From Octopus sinensis (lineage: Eukaryota), in assembly GCF_006345805.1 (NCBI RefSeq), contig NC_043024.1, positions 5,332,001 to 5,396,000 on the forward strand: DNA of 64,000 nt, written 5' to 3'. A model generated the notes under the pieces. The model worked only from the letters and a program-made list of their open reading frames with translations, made no database searches and was not told the DNA's origin. This document shows positions 15,321 through 31,030 of the stretch, in pieces. Numbering within the stretch: the first letter of the stretch is position 1; every line of letters begins with the position of its first letter. Both the position numbers and the translations under genes were made by a program.

Positions 15321-16158
15321 CGTGAAGACTGGATACACTGGTCCAGAAAGAATTGCAATCCCTGAGTCAAAATCAGTGCGTGACCTGGGCATTGACATGA
15401 GCAATGATGCATCTTTCCAAATGCATATTGCTAATCTGGTGATAAAATGCAGACGGCTAGCTGGATGGTTTCTCCGAACTTTCAGAACAAGAGAGAAGGA
15501 GACACTGATGGTCCTATGGAAAACATTCGTCCTCAGCCGCTTGGACTACTGCTCCCAACTTTGGTCACCACACAATATAAAACAAACTCGAAGCAATTCA
15601 GAGAAGCTACACTAAGAAAATCGTCTCAATGCAAAATATCAGCTACTGGGAAAGACTGAAGGTATTAAACCTCTTCTCCCTAGAGCGGAGGCGGGAGAGA
15701 TATGCAGTGATATACATCTGGAAAATCCTGGAGGGTCTTGTCCCAAACTTTGGCATTCAAAGTTACTCCAACCGCAGAACGGGGCGCCACTGTGTGGTGC
15801 CAAGGATTCCAACATCACCATCAAAATACAGGTCCAGATACTGCAACAGCTTGGGTTTCAAAATACAGGTCCAGATACTGCAACAGCTCTTTAACATCCT
15901 CCCTAAATGCCTGAGAGACTTACATGGTGTGGATGTGGGTTTCTTTAAAACTAAACTGGATCTCTTCTTGTTGGGAGTCCCAGATGAACCTACCTCACGA
16001 CAGGAGACGCGGATGCGGGCAGCAGCATCGAACTCCCTTGTTGATCAAGTACCACGTATCAGAGGTGGATTCACAAATTAGTGTAGCTCATTCAGCGGTG
16101 GTGCCCCAGCATGGCCGCGGCCTTCGGGCTAAAACATTTTTAAGGATTTAAGGATTTA
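15321..16158 (+). mobile_element. 5'-truncated CR1-type LINE with intact 3' end
   Basis: [42 protein letters not shown]; short (TTAAGGA)n-like tail; same family as 45212-48540. Confidence 0.9.
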
Positions 16159-16320
16159 TACAACGGCCTTCTTTCAGTTTCCGTTCCACCAAATCCACTC
16201 ACAAGGCTTTGGTCAGCCCGAGGCTATAGCAGAAGACACTTGCCCAAGGTGCCACGTAGTGGGATTGAACCCAGAACCATGTGGTAAGCAAGCTACTTAC
16301 CACACAGCCACTCCTGTGCC
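16159..16320 (-). repeat. tRNA-derived SINE head
   Basis: Minus strand ggagtggctgtgtgg (A box), gggttcaatccc (B box), ccttgggcaagtgtc. Confidence 0.8.
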
Positions 16321-16701
16321 TTTGCTAGAGAAAGATGAGCTGGTGAAAGTTGTATGTATCATGGCTGTCATCTCATTTCACCAACTGGCTTTTGCTTTAC
16401 GAAATTCTAGTATTTTATAAGTGCAATATAGCGAGAAAGAGAGGCATATTGCCGAGAACAATGGGGAAACTGATGTAGGTAGCTCTTCATTTAATTTTGA
16501 CTTTTGGTGGTATAGAAGAGGTTTGTGGTCAAGTAGGAAAACATATAAATTGGCCTGGCAGAGGGTATGTGTGGAGTGTCACTGTTGTCAACTACTGTTT
16601 TTCTGTGGGAAAATGCTGTTTTCAGGTTCAAATCTTTATGCCCCAAATGAAATCCACTATTTTACTTCCCAAGGAAAAGACTTTCATAACAATATGTGTG
16701 C

Positions 16702-16743
<42 letters not shown>

Positions 16744-18979
16744 GCCCCTCCTTAATTCTTCTGTTCATCTGCTTCTAAAACTCTCTCTCTTCTCTTTCCC
16801 CTCCTTAATTCTTTTGTTCCTCTTTTTCTCTCTCTTCTCTTCCCACGTGACCGATAGGCCAGACTGCTAGCCCTCTTTTTGCGTCTGACCACAGTCAGTG
16901 CAACATCGATATTCTTCCCTGTGTTTGTGAAAGTTCTGTATCTCTGCCGTAAGGCTTCATTTCCACACACACCAGCTGAATTCAATTTGTCCCCAGTCGA
17001 AAGACACCTGTTGTTATGTCCTGTTATTATTATTAATATTTTTATTGTATTTTTGTATTTATATTTGTGTAACATCGTTTGTTTTTCCATCCTTGTTTTC
17101 GTATACATTCCATGCTTTCTTCCAAGGAATCTAATGCTCTTAGCTTAGTTTTTCCTTGGGGCTGGCCAGATTGGAGCAATCTCAAGATTAATCAGCTGAA
17201 ATTGTGAGGATGATCTGGTTCTTTACTGGGGATAGAAAGCTTCGAATGACCCATCCTTGTTTTTCATAAAGGACCCGTATTTTGGTGTGAAACAATTTTT
17301 TCCACAATGCTCAGTCCAAACCCACCACCCGCCACATTCTTCCGGAAAAGAAAGGGGGAGGGGTGGTGGGGGACCTTGGAGTTTCCCACCAACAGTGTTT
17401 TGTTCTGGGTTATTTTACATGCTTTCAATGTATGTGACCTTGAAATCACGCATAAACAGCTCCTTTCCTTAGAAAAAGAAAGATTCGGCTGTTATTTCTT
17501 GCCTGCCCTGCTACCACGTAACAGCTATTTTGAGTCCTTTATCGTACATAGCTGTTGTATGGTAATAGGGCATGCTAGAAATAGCAACCAAATGTTTGGA
17601 GGTGAGATACATTGAATGCACTTGAAAACAACCTATGGAAAGAATTTATTTCACAGTGAGGTTATGAACAGGTCTTTTACGAAATATTTACAGTATTTCT
17701 AAAGCCATTTTCACTTTAAAATATTTTTTAAATATGCCAAAAAATTTTCGTAATGGTATTCAATTGAAAATAATAAAAAAATAAAATTGTCTGTTTAAAG
17801 AAAGCTAAAATATAAATACAAAACAGCAAAAATAGAAACATTTCCTGTAAAAACAACTTTTTTTGTTGGCAAGTTAGTCATAATGTGTCTAACCGAAAGG
17901 CTAGAAATTCTTCCTTTTCAGGGTTAAGTTATTTTTGGTGTATTTTCCCAATATGCACTGTTTTGGGTATTTATACCCACCAAAATTCCTAATATCTCAA
18001 GAACCAGTTGTCCAATTCACGCGAAACTTGTTTTATTCCGTTTGTATTCACATTTCAGGAAAGTCTTAATTCTTAGTATTTTCCCCATTATGTGCCATTT
18101 TGGCTATGTAACATTGGAAGCAAGATTGAAGTTCATTTTTAATGTAATATATGTGTGTGTGTGTATAGGTCTGCCTACTTACAACTGCAATACAAGTATT
18201 TAGTTGTGAATAAACAATTATACTTGGCACTTGTTGGCCTGGAGAAAGGCTTTGATAGAATTCCTCAGTTGGCCACACACCAAGGTTCAACAGAACCTAC
18301 TGAAGCAAGCCAACGGTGCTTCTGGCATTATCACAGGCAAGAGCAAGAAGTCGACATTAAAGTTCATACTGTTTTCAAATTTTGGCACAAGGCCAGCAAT
18401 TCCACGGGTGTGTGCGTGTGTGAAGTTGAATATGTGGATTCCAGTGCTCAACTGTTGCTTATTTCCATCAACCCCCAAAAGGACGAAAGACAAAGTCCAC
18501 CTTGGCAGAATTTAAATGCAAATGTCATGTCAGAAGAACCACAGCTAAGCATTTTCCCCAATGTGCTAACGACCCTGCCAGTTCGCCACCTTAGTTTATT
18601 ATTAATTACTAGTGGGACCCATGTAAATTCTACAGAATGAAAAAAATTAAGAGGACCTATTTAAGAAAGAGAGGATGATTTGCATTTTTATAGCATTCAT
18701 AGTTTTAGCTTTCTTTGAATATACTTGGCATCTGTCTACATCCAATTCCTCACAACACCATCGGTGCCAACTTTTTCCTCTTTTTTATTACATCTTTTTA
18801 GTGTTCCATGCTCTAGATCTGTGCATCTTTTCTCAGGCAGCTTGCAACTGTGTCTCTTGTGAATCCATAGTTTAGGCTAAATTAATCCTTAGAAACAAAT
18901 ATCAATCTCTTAAGTGACAAGACGATAAATAATTGCACAGAAGTGCAAGTGTTGAGCGATGGTCTCTATAAAAAAAAGA

Positions 18980-19795
18980 AATTCTCTTTCACTATCAACA
19001 CACCACCACCACCACCACCATCATCATCTATCTCTGTTTCTGTGCCTTTCTTGAATATCAACATCAGAACATCACCCTTCTGCTAAGATTATATTTCTAA
19101 CTCTTCTCTATATCACGACCTTCAGCTAGCTCTTTTAAACATAAAATAACTATTACATTCCCCCTCATCACATGTCATGCTTGCTTCTTTCTTAGTCTTT
19201 TGTCTCTCCCTTTTCTTTCTTTCTCTATTTGCCTCACTCTTTGTCTTATCATCTTTTCTCTCTCTACCCCCCTTTTCTCTAATAACATGAAAGTGTTACT
19301 GACGAGCTGAGTAACAGAATGAGAAGCAGAATTATTATAAGATCACCTTACTCTCTTTCTCCCTCACTTTTCTCCACTTCTGTCCCCACCCCTCATTTAT
19401 TCCACTAATCTAATGAAAGCATAACAGCTGTACAAACAAGCTGGTTATTATATATCTACATAAATATTATTTTTGTCTGAGGTTTGGATAATATTTTTTG
19501 CAGAGTAATTACATATCACATAAGGAGACTGGAAAACAGTTTGATAGTATTTATTCAGCATTACATGTGTTTCATTACCTGATAGGAATTACAAACTTTT
19601 AAACAAAGAGAAAACATGTAAAATATCTCCTATAAGAAATTCTTCATACATATATACATGTGAGTGTGTGTGTGTATGCATAAGTGAGTGTACCCTTGTC
19701 CAGATATTAAGTGATGTCCGTAAATGGCCATCATGACCGTCATACTTGTGCAGTTGTTCCTTTCCAGTCCTCTGCGTAAAATATGTCTCCCCACA
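18980..19795 (-). repeat. Orphan paralog of the zinc-finger gene 3' flank (unit D)
   Basis: Diverged match to about 200-870 (atcagaacatcacc, catgaaagtgtt, tttggataatattttttgc, cattacatgtgtttcatt, ggccatcatgaccgtcatacttgtgcagttgtt). Confidence 0.8.
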
Positions 19796-21296
19796 ATATT
19801 CTGTCCAACTCTGTCTTCAGCTTCTCATTTAGTTCTAGAGGGACGCGGCGAGGTGGGTGAACAATTGGTTTGATATTGGGGTCGACTGTTATATGGTATC
19901 GACATTTCACAAAGCACCCGACTGTATCGTCAAAGCATTCAGGGTACATGCTTATCAGTTCCTCTTTGTTTGTGATTGGTGGTCGGTCTTTGATAGGCAT
20001 ATCTCTGTCAATCCTGCTCGGAGTTGCCTTCACTTCACCATTGATTGACACAATATTTAGCTTTTTGCAGGTATTGAGTCCAAGAATTGCTGGACCTTCT
20101 GTTGTTGTGACATAAAAAGAACACTTGATTGTTTTTCCTTTGTGTGTCCCTGTGATTGTTGTTTTGCCCAGTTGTGGAATCCTGGTACCTCCGTACGCAG
20201 TGAGGATTACATCACTTGGTGTGAGGATTCCTTCTTTGACTTTATCCTCTTGTGTCATGTGTTCTGGGAACATCTTTTTGTGGAGGTTGACAGGCAAGAT
20301 ATCACTCTGGGCTCCAGTCTCAATCTTCAGCCTTAAGTCAATGTTTATTCGTTTCTTGCCAGACTTCTTTTGTATTCTTATTGTTGTGTATGCCTCATTT
20401 TTTCTCTGGTCGCCATTTCCCATCTCATGCACATTTATTGTGCCGACTGCCAAGAATTCCTTCTCTGAGGTGTTTTGTTCCTGTCGTTGGGTATGTATAT
20501 CTCTTCTTCTATTTCCGCTCCTCTTTGAAAGTTGGGGCTTGTTTTTCTGGGATTTTGTCAACCTACACATTTTTTTGCAGTGGTTAAGTTTTCCACATGC
20601 TTTGCAGTGTATACCGAACGCAGGACATTTCTTCCGGTTGTCGAACTCATGCTCTGTACCACAGTACTGGCATGTTCTTTGTTTGCGGGTATGTTTCGTC
20701 CTGTGCCTAGATGCAATATCTACACTGCTGCCTAGTGAGCTTGTTTGTAAGGTAAGTGAGGCCATTTGTTTGGTAGTGGCTTCGAATGCTCTTGCAGTGT
20801 CTACTGCTTCTATCAACTGGAGAGAGTCCTTACCTATGAGGGATTTCTGAACTTCTTTATGAGCACACCCCCATATTAATTGATCAACAATTCTTTCATT
20901 CTTATCTTTGAATTTGCATTTTTCGGCAACATTCTTTAGTCTGGACAGGAAATTGTCAATCGTTTCTTGTAGGTCTTGTTTCAGGCCCTGGAATTCGTAT
21001 CTGTGAATTCTATGGTTCGATCTGGGCTCTAGGTGCCTTTCAAATTTCTCTAAAAGTGTGTCTGAGTTATTGCAATCCGATTCTGACATGTCCCAGCTAT
21101 TGAATAGGTCTAAGCCTTTTTCGCCCGTCCATAAAAGGATATAGCTTACCTTTTCATCCTCAGTCGTGCCTTTCAGGAAACTTTTGAAAGCTAGTTGAGT
21201 TTTCTGCTTGAATTTCTTGAACGCTTCCACGATATCATCGGAGTCCCAGTTCATGATCGGATGTAGATTCATCTGTACGGCGACGGGGGTCGCCAT
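19740..21296 (-). pseudogene. Ty3/gypsy gag-protease ORF, truncated before RT
   Basis: Gag-like N-terminus, Cys/His knuckle region C.ACGKLNH..KMC, protease KIETGAQ (catalytic D to E), pre-RT KPIVHPPRRVPLEL..KLKTELDR. The last ~19 aa come from flanking DNA. Confidence 0.85.
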
Positions 21297-21420
21297 TTTG
21301 GTTTCTCGTGTATGTGTGTCCGAAGACGAAGCGATGTTTTGTTTGTTAAATTCTGGTTCGTTGTGTTTCTGTTTTGTTGTAAAGGCACAGTTTCCGATTA
21401 ATTATTTACCTCTGCCACCA

Positions 21421-21615
21421 TGTTATGTGTTGTTTCGTTCTAATGGGATAGACAACCAATATGAAGCCATTGTTATCGTTTACGTGTTTATTTACTTTCT
21501 CATGTTACACGAACTGGACTACATTCAGTGCAGCAACACCTCTATAACTTTAGACACAGCGTAGTAATACTTATGAAATAGTGCCAAAAGCGAGGACGCA
21601 TTCCACACACGCACA
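21421..21615 (-). mobile_element. Putative 195-bp 5' LTR with adjacent PBS (21409-21420)
   Basis: TG...CA ends; AATAAA inside on the minus strand; PBS TGGTGGCAGAGG matches 11/12 of the initiator tRNA-Met complement TGGTAGCAGAGG; host homology resumes at 21616. Confidence 0.7.
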
Positions 21616-22249
21616 CGGCTCTACTTTATAGATTTGGTATTTTGTGAAAGAGATTTCTTCAATATTTGGCTTCATCACTATTATTGTTATTATCACCAAC
21701 CGTTTTCCGTTTTGCGGCCACCTGTGAAATTATTCGAATGTAGTGAAAATTTCCGTATTTGAGGTATTCCTATAATTTTCCATACTGAATTCCATCAGTT
21801 AATTTGCTTCTTCCACAAAAAGTTTTTTAAGTTACTGTGGTTTAAAGTTTAATCATTCTTACCCATTTAGAAAACAATATTTGGAAGCTGTCATTTTGTT
21901 CATGTAAAAAAAGTGGGGTGAAATATCAAATTATTGTGATTTTGTACTTTTTATACGGAAATTCATACGATTCTGCAATACGTGACATAAAAAACTTTGT
22001 TCAATTAAAAACAAATTACTTTTAACTATGCACTGTCCATCACTATTTCCTCCACCACAACCATCATCTCTCTCTCTCTGTGCCTTAAATCTCACCATCA
22101 GAACATCACCACTCTGCTAAAATTATATTGCAAACGTCTCTATCATCAACTTCAACTAACGTTTTTAACGATGTAATAAATATTATATGTTTCCCCTATC
22201 ACATATTATGTACACTTCTCTCTGTCCCTCTTTCTATCTTATTCTAATA

Positions 22250-22655
22250 TATGGGTGCTTGAAACTCCCAGAAAAGAATTGCTGGGACCAGTATTCCATT
22301 TGGGATATGCTTTTGAAATGGAAAGAAAGCATGCCCTTCTTCGGAAACGAATTGTGACTGGAGATGAAAAATGGATTGCATGCTTAATGTTGTGCAAAAC
22401 TGATCCTGGAGTTTGAAGAAATATCCCCCAAGCAACCAAAGATGAATATCCATGGCAACACACCTGTGCTTTGTGTTTGGTGGGATCAAAAAGGCATTGT
22501 TTATTATGACCTTCTCCCATAAAACCAGACCATTAATTCTGATGTGTTCTGTCATCAACTGGCTAATTTGAACCAAAATAAATCAAAGAACTGCGGCTGG
22601 AGATTACCAACAGAAAAGCATTAGTCTTCCAACAAGACAATGCCAGACCATTGTC
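22250..22655 (+). mobile_element. Degenerate mariner transposase relic
   Basis: RIVTGDEKWI, LCVWWDQKGIVYYDLL, NQTINS and QQDNARP motifs with stops and frameshifts. Confidence 0.8.
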
Positions 22656-23744
22656 AAAAAGAAAGGATTCACCCTATCTCCCTCATATTCCTTATAGTCT
22701 TCATTGTTATCATTTTTATGTCATATGTTTTTTAAACCAATATTCTTTCACCCGATGCATTCTTAATTGAATTCTTTTCTTTTTGCTTTGCATCTTGTAC
22801 AGATTTAAGTCTTTAATTTTATAAATATATATTTATATAATCTTTTAGCTGTTTATCCATTATCCAAAAACAAAAGGTTCCGGTCACTAGTCATGGCCTC
22901 GGTGTCTAGTGAGGCAATGGATTGGGTTATTCCTGAAACCAAAACACTCTAAAGTGGAGCCTGTATTGTGTCTGCATCAAAAGATAGTTGCTCATCTGCT
23001 ACTCACTGAAAACTGAAGGAAATTGGAATACGGTAATTACTTAATACACTTTATGCACAATTTTATAGACACAGCACTCATAAAATAAATATTTGCTCAT
23101 ATTTTTCCAGTTTTCTCATAAACAGAAAAAAATTACATTTTAAAATTTACATGGGCACAATTTCTTATCTAAAGCACAAGAAGTGTATACTAAAAAGATT
23201 ACCTTATATGTAAAATATAGGGGTCACAATCTAATGTAACATGGCTTACTCTGAAAACCACATCAGTGGTAACTTGTAAGCCAAGGTGATGGGTAAGAGA
23301 GCCAATACACATTTCAATTTGTAGGTGTTGTAAAAAAACTTAGTTCAAGTAAAAAAAAAATATTACTTTTCACTTTGTATTGACCATCACAACCACCACC
23401 ATCATCCGTCTCTCTCTACCTTTCTTTAATCTCTCCATCAGAACATCACCCACCTTCTAAAATTATATTCCTAACTCTCCTCTATATCTCAACCTTCAAC
23501 TAAATATGTCCCCCAATCACGTCATGCACACTTCTCTCTCTTCCCGTCTCACTCATGGCCTTATCCTTTCCCTCTCCCGCTTTCTCTCCAATCACATGAA
23601 AGTGTTACTGACGACCTAAGTAACGTAATGACAAGCAGAATTATTATAAGACCACCTTCCTTTACTTTTCCCTCCCTCTCACCCCACTACTCTAACTAAC
23701 AGAAATACACCAGTTGAACAAACAAGCTTCTGATTACATATATA

Positions 23745-25027
23745 CGAGGGACGTTCAATAAGTAATGCCTCTGATCCACTTGCAGTTGTATGATCTAGCT
23801 GAAATTTTGCATGTGCACTTATTTATCTCTATAGATTAAGTGGCAAATTACAGCTCTGAAATAATTGTGGTTTTTGATTTACAGGTGTTTGAACTGAGTC
23901 AAGTGTGAAATGGAGCCTGTTGAGTATCGAGCAGTGATCCAGTTTTTGTATTTGAAAGGATGAACACCACGGGAGACTTTTGATGAAATGAAAGTAACTT
24001 ATGGTGATGATGCCCCATCATATGACCTTATAAAACGCTGGCATCGTGAATTCAAACATGATCGGAACTCTGTGAAAACAGCTCCCAGATCTGGTCGTCC
24101 CCTTCTGCCATTGATGAGGCATCTGTCCGTCAAGTTGAGGCTGCCATTTTGGAAGATCGATGCATAACTATTCGCCAAATAGCCCATGAGGTTAAGATTA
24201 GTACCGGATCTGTGGAAACTATCATTCATGACCATTTGCATATGCAAAAGGTGTCTGCCAGATGGATTCCCAGGTTGCTCACATCTTTCCAGAAGCAAGA
24301 ACGCGTCGAGTGCTTGAGGATGAATTTGGAGATGTGCCAAGATGAGTCAAAATTTTTCAAAAGACTGATTACACAGGATGAAACCTGGGTCCATCACTAT
24401 GATCCAGAGACCAAAGCCCAGTCAATGCAGTGGAAGCACCGTGACTCACCTCCTCCAAAGTAGGCAAGGGTGCAGCCCTCCACTGGCAAGGTCATGCTCA
24501 CAGTCTTCTGGGACCAGGACGGAGTAGTGATGACAGATTTCCTGGCAAAGGATACCACAATTACAGGAGCCTATTATGCTTCACTTTTGAGAAAATTAAG
24601 AGAAGCTATCAAAATCAAGAGGTGGGGCAAGATCAGCAAAGGCATCCTCCTCCTGCAAGACAATGCTCCGGTCCACAACTTGCGTGTCGCCAAATCAGAA
24701 GCACAGGCGTGCGGCTATGAACTCCTCCCCCATCCCCCTGCTCTCCTGACCTTTCACCCTCTGATTTTCACCACTTCCCAGCCATGAAGTTGTTTTTGAA
24801 AGGAAAGCGTTTCCCAGATGATGCAGCCATGATTTCTGTCACGTCGTGGTTGGAGGATGAAGCTGGGGTCTTCTACAAAAACGGTCTCCAGAGCTGCATC
24901 AAACAATGGGAGAAATGCATAACTCTGGGTGGTTCCTATGTAAAAAACGTCTAATAACTGTGCCAAGTTTCGTTGCTCTACTGCTATGGGAAGTGGGTCA
25001 AGGGCATTACTTATTGAACGCCCCTCA
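23745..25027 (+). mobile_element. Full-length mariner (1283 bp), inactive transposase at 23910-24954
   Basis: TA duplication; TIR CGAGGGACGTTCAATAAGTAATGCC / GGCATTACTTATTGAACGCCCCTCA; WIPRLL, ITQDETWVHHYDPE, LLQDNAP and SPDLSPSDF motifs with stops and a frameshift; absent from unit A at 551-554. Confidence 0.95.
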
Positions 25028-25884
25028 TACACGTACATTATTTTTGTGGGAGGTTTGGATAATATTTTTTGCAAGGTTATTACAAATCACATAAGGAGAC
25101 CAGAGAAAAGTTTGATATTATTTATTCAGCATTACATGTGTTTCATTTCCTAATAGGAATCAAAATATTTTACATGTGTAGAAAACATGTAAGATATTTC
25201 CTATAAGAAATTCTTGAGACATACAATAGTTTATGTGAGTGTGTGTGTATGTGTCTGTGTATGTACCCATGTCCAGATATTATGTGATGTTCGTAAAGGG
25301 CCATCATGACCGTCATACTTGTGCAGTTGTTCACTTCCAGTCTTCTGTGTAAAATATGTCTCACCAGGGAAAATATTTCCTTGCTTGGAAACAGGTGAAG
25401 ATTGGTCACAAGAAAGGTACCCATATGTAGAAAATCTCCATCAATGAATTCCATCTGATCCATAGAAGCATGAATAGGAGAATGTTAAATGATGAGGATC
25501 ATCATCATCGTGGTTCCTCTTCTGTATGAATGCATTTACATTTCAATAATTGATCCATTTTCATAGATTGATTTAGCACAAATAGCTTAGGTTACAGTTA
25601 TATCTTTCATATTAATAGAACTGTGTACAAACAATTCACCATTTTGAAAGAATGATTCAGGTTTAACATCACAGTGATAGGTTTTCCTTCCTCTGTCAAT
25701 GCTCTTTTGATTCAATAATGGATGATTTCATGTCAAAGATTTACCATAGATGTCACATTCATATAGTTTCTATATTCTGTGGATGTCTTTATAAGATATG
25801 TCCTTTGTCCTTCTGAGGAAATGTTATACAACAAATATCACTGTGTTATGGACCCACTTCATAAGGAAAGACTTGTTTAAATCA

Positions 25885-26991
<1,107 letters not shown>

Positions 26992-28043
26992 TCAAGTTGT
27001 ACAGATCAACAACTTTTCAAAAATATTTTTCCTCTCACCAAAATTTATGGATATTTTGCTTCTTTTTGCTTTTATAGTTTATTCCAAACAAGTATCAATT
27101 CTCTTATATTTCTTCTAAATCTGATCAATGTCAATATTTAAAACTGTTGCAAATACTCTTTGGAAATCTATCAAAGTATATTTAAAAGAGAAAATTATCT
27201 CTTGCACATTTCAGACACAGAAGTAAAGAAATGCTTTCTCTCTCAGAGGAAATATTTTACTGTAACTCAGCAATGTTTTATAGAAGGAGGTTTATACATT
27301 TGTAGAATATCTATGCAGAGTCTTTCAAACATGATACATATTGATGATTCTTTAAAAGCAAAAAATACTTTTTAGCCAATTCCATGGGATTTTCTGAAAG
27401 AATAGAAAAAATAATATAAGACATAAAGTATGTTTAACAGGCAAATATTCAAAAGTGCAAATTTACGACATTTCTGTTTTCATAAATTGTAGAAGTAATT
27501 CTTCATCTGAACTATTAAATTTATCCAATTTCTGCATTACCAAAATGTTTATATCATAGAGTAGACACATCTATTATAATACCAACTCCTGGAATATAAA
27601 GTCTGTCATAGACACACTTCCACACACACACACACACACTAATATAGATATAAATGACACTAGATTTCTGATGTTTTCATTGCAGTCTTGTATCTTTGTT
27701 TGCTAAAATAGATATCGCTCTTTCTCTACCTTCATCATCATCGTTTAACATCTGCTTTCCACGCTGGCATGGTATGTGAGGTTTGACTGAGGACTGGCAA
27801 GCCATGAGGCTGAACAAGGTTTCAATCTTATCAGGCAAGATTTCTACAGCTGGATGCTGTTTGAGCGTGTAGCGGTTGCCTTTTATGTGCCATGGAGCCA
27901 GTCAGGTAGCATTGGCATCGACCATGCTTGAATGGTGCTTTGTATGTGCCACCGGCATGGGTGCAAGCTAGGCAGCACTAGCATCAATCATGCTCGAATG
28001 GTACTTTTTACATGCCACCTGCATGGGAGCCATATATACAAAT

Positions 28044-28114
<71 letters not shown>

Positions 28115-28117
<3 letters not shown>

Positions 28118-28520
28118 GGTTAGCTCAACGTTAATATTTCGTTGAGCATAAAAGATGAATAAATGTCAGTAAATAATATTGATGTCTCACTTACAGCATC
28201 AAAATCCTTAGTGGGGTAATTTCAATGTAGGAAAAATTATTGGTTGATGTGGAGAATGAAAGCCAGATTCCTCCAAAGAGTTTGGCGCGTCCTGAAGAAG
28301 GCAATGTGCTGTTGAAATGGCCGCCACGTTCACCTGAGCTGACACCTTGCCGTTTCTTTCTCAGGGAGGGCCTAGTCTATGTCTCCCCTCTTCCTGCAAG
28401 CCCAGAGGAACTTAAGCAGAGAATTATTACCATACTGGTCGTGAGATGTGCGAAAAATAACAGCTAAATAGCTCATAAATCACAGTTGTTCTTTTTCTTT
28501 TTTTGGTTGCATGACCGAAC
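28115..28520 (+). mobile_element. Tc1/mariner-superfamily relic
   Basis: KWPPRSPELTPCRFF..GLVYVSPLPASPEELKQRI; homologous to 4020-4445. Confidence 0.6.
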
Positions 28521-29537
28521 GAATTCTCGTACGCAAAAATTTCTGAAAATTCCCCCAAATAAAAATATGTGACGAGGGATTATATTAGGTGCTTAAAGCA
28601 GCACTCCACACACACAAAAATTAAATAAATTAGAAAAATATATTAATTCTAACTTTTAATGATGCAGAAGAACCACCAGAAATAAAGACTTCCTATGTTT
28701 CAAATAAAAGCTGTTCCATTTCCTCTCGATACGATATTTGCTCTTCGTTTCAGTATTTCAAAAGCACACTCGTATTTTTATACATTCCCCATTTCTTACT
28801 AATTACATCGTAATTTTCCCGCATTTAACGAAATTGTCGAATTTACACGTTAGAAAGAAAGATAAATGTTATCTAAACAAGGGATTGATCCGACGTTTTT
28901 ACAAATAATTTAGAAAATAACCAAAAGTGCAATGAAATGTCTAAAAGAAAACGACAACACAATGAAAGTATTAAAATTACAGCCTTTCGTATAATTTCGT
29001 CTTAGTGAAATTTTTTTTCTTTTAAGTTTCTCAACACATTGAAACAAATAAATGTACATAATACGACACATATATAATAGAAATGTTTAAATAAATACTT
29101 ACATAGTAATAGATATGGAGAGAAAGAGTGAAGGAGGAAGATGTGAGAACTGGAGTCAGAGTGGACAACGACAGCTTCAAGAGAATTTCTAGGTTTCTAC
29201 AACAAACGTTAATTAATATTTTTCAGGTCCACATAATCGTAAATGCTGTATCTGTTTGTTTAGACAGTTAATTACCAATTATTTGCATATATTTGATTGG
29301 ATTTTCTCTTAAATATCAGTTGTCAAGTGGAACTGATCAAACAATCAAGGTGCGTGAGAAACAAGAACAAGAAATACACTTAATGAGGAAGAGTTTTTTT
29401 TACGATGAACAACGGGAGCTAACTCCAGTCTTCAAAGAATTGCGGCTCTACTTTAATAGATTTGGTATTTTGTGTAAGATGTTTCTTTGATAATTCTGTC
29501 TCAAATTATTATTATTGCCATTATTACCTTTCTCTTA

Positions 29538-29900
29538 TACTTGTTTCAGTCATTTGACTGCGGCCATGCTGGAGCACCGCCTTTAGTCGAGCAAATCGAA
29601 CCCGGGACTTATTCTTTGTAAGCCCAGTACTTATTCTATCGGTCCCTTTTGCCGAACCGCTAATTGACGGGAACGTAAACACACCAGCATCGGTTGTCAA
29701 GCAATGCTAGGGGGACAACACACACACACATACATATATACGACAGGCTTTTTTCAGTTTCCGTCTACAAAATCCACTCACAAGGCATTGGTCGGCCCAG
29801 GGCTATAGCAGAAGACACTTGCCGAAGATGCCACGCAGTGGGACTGAACCCGGAACCATGTGGATGGTTAGCAAGCCACTTACCAGACAGCTACTCCCAT
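29538..29900 (-). repeat. Complete tRNA-derived SINE
   Basis: Head with B-box-like gggttcagtccc, internal (CA/TA)n, body and tail; other copies at 54917-55292 and 61943-62200. Confidence 0.85.
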
Positions 29901-29916
29901 ATGTATGTGTGTATAA

Positions 29917-30069
<153 letters not shown>

Positions 30070-30109
30070 ATATATATATATATATATATATACTATATAT
30101 ATAAGTATA

Positions 30110-30229
<120 letters not shown>

Positions 30230-30232
30230 ATA

Positions 30233-30313
<81 letters not shown>

Positions 30314-30338
30314 TTTTATTGTATCGCATTTATCTTTG

Positions 30339-31030
<692 letters not shown>

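Noticed and set aside
18200-18285. ORF 18155-18640 as a gene
   Set aside because: Only a short RTE RT remnant (KQLYLALVGLEKGFDRIP) is recognisable; the rest has no coding signal.
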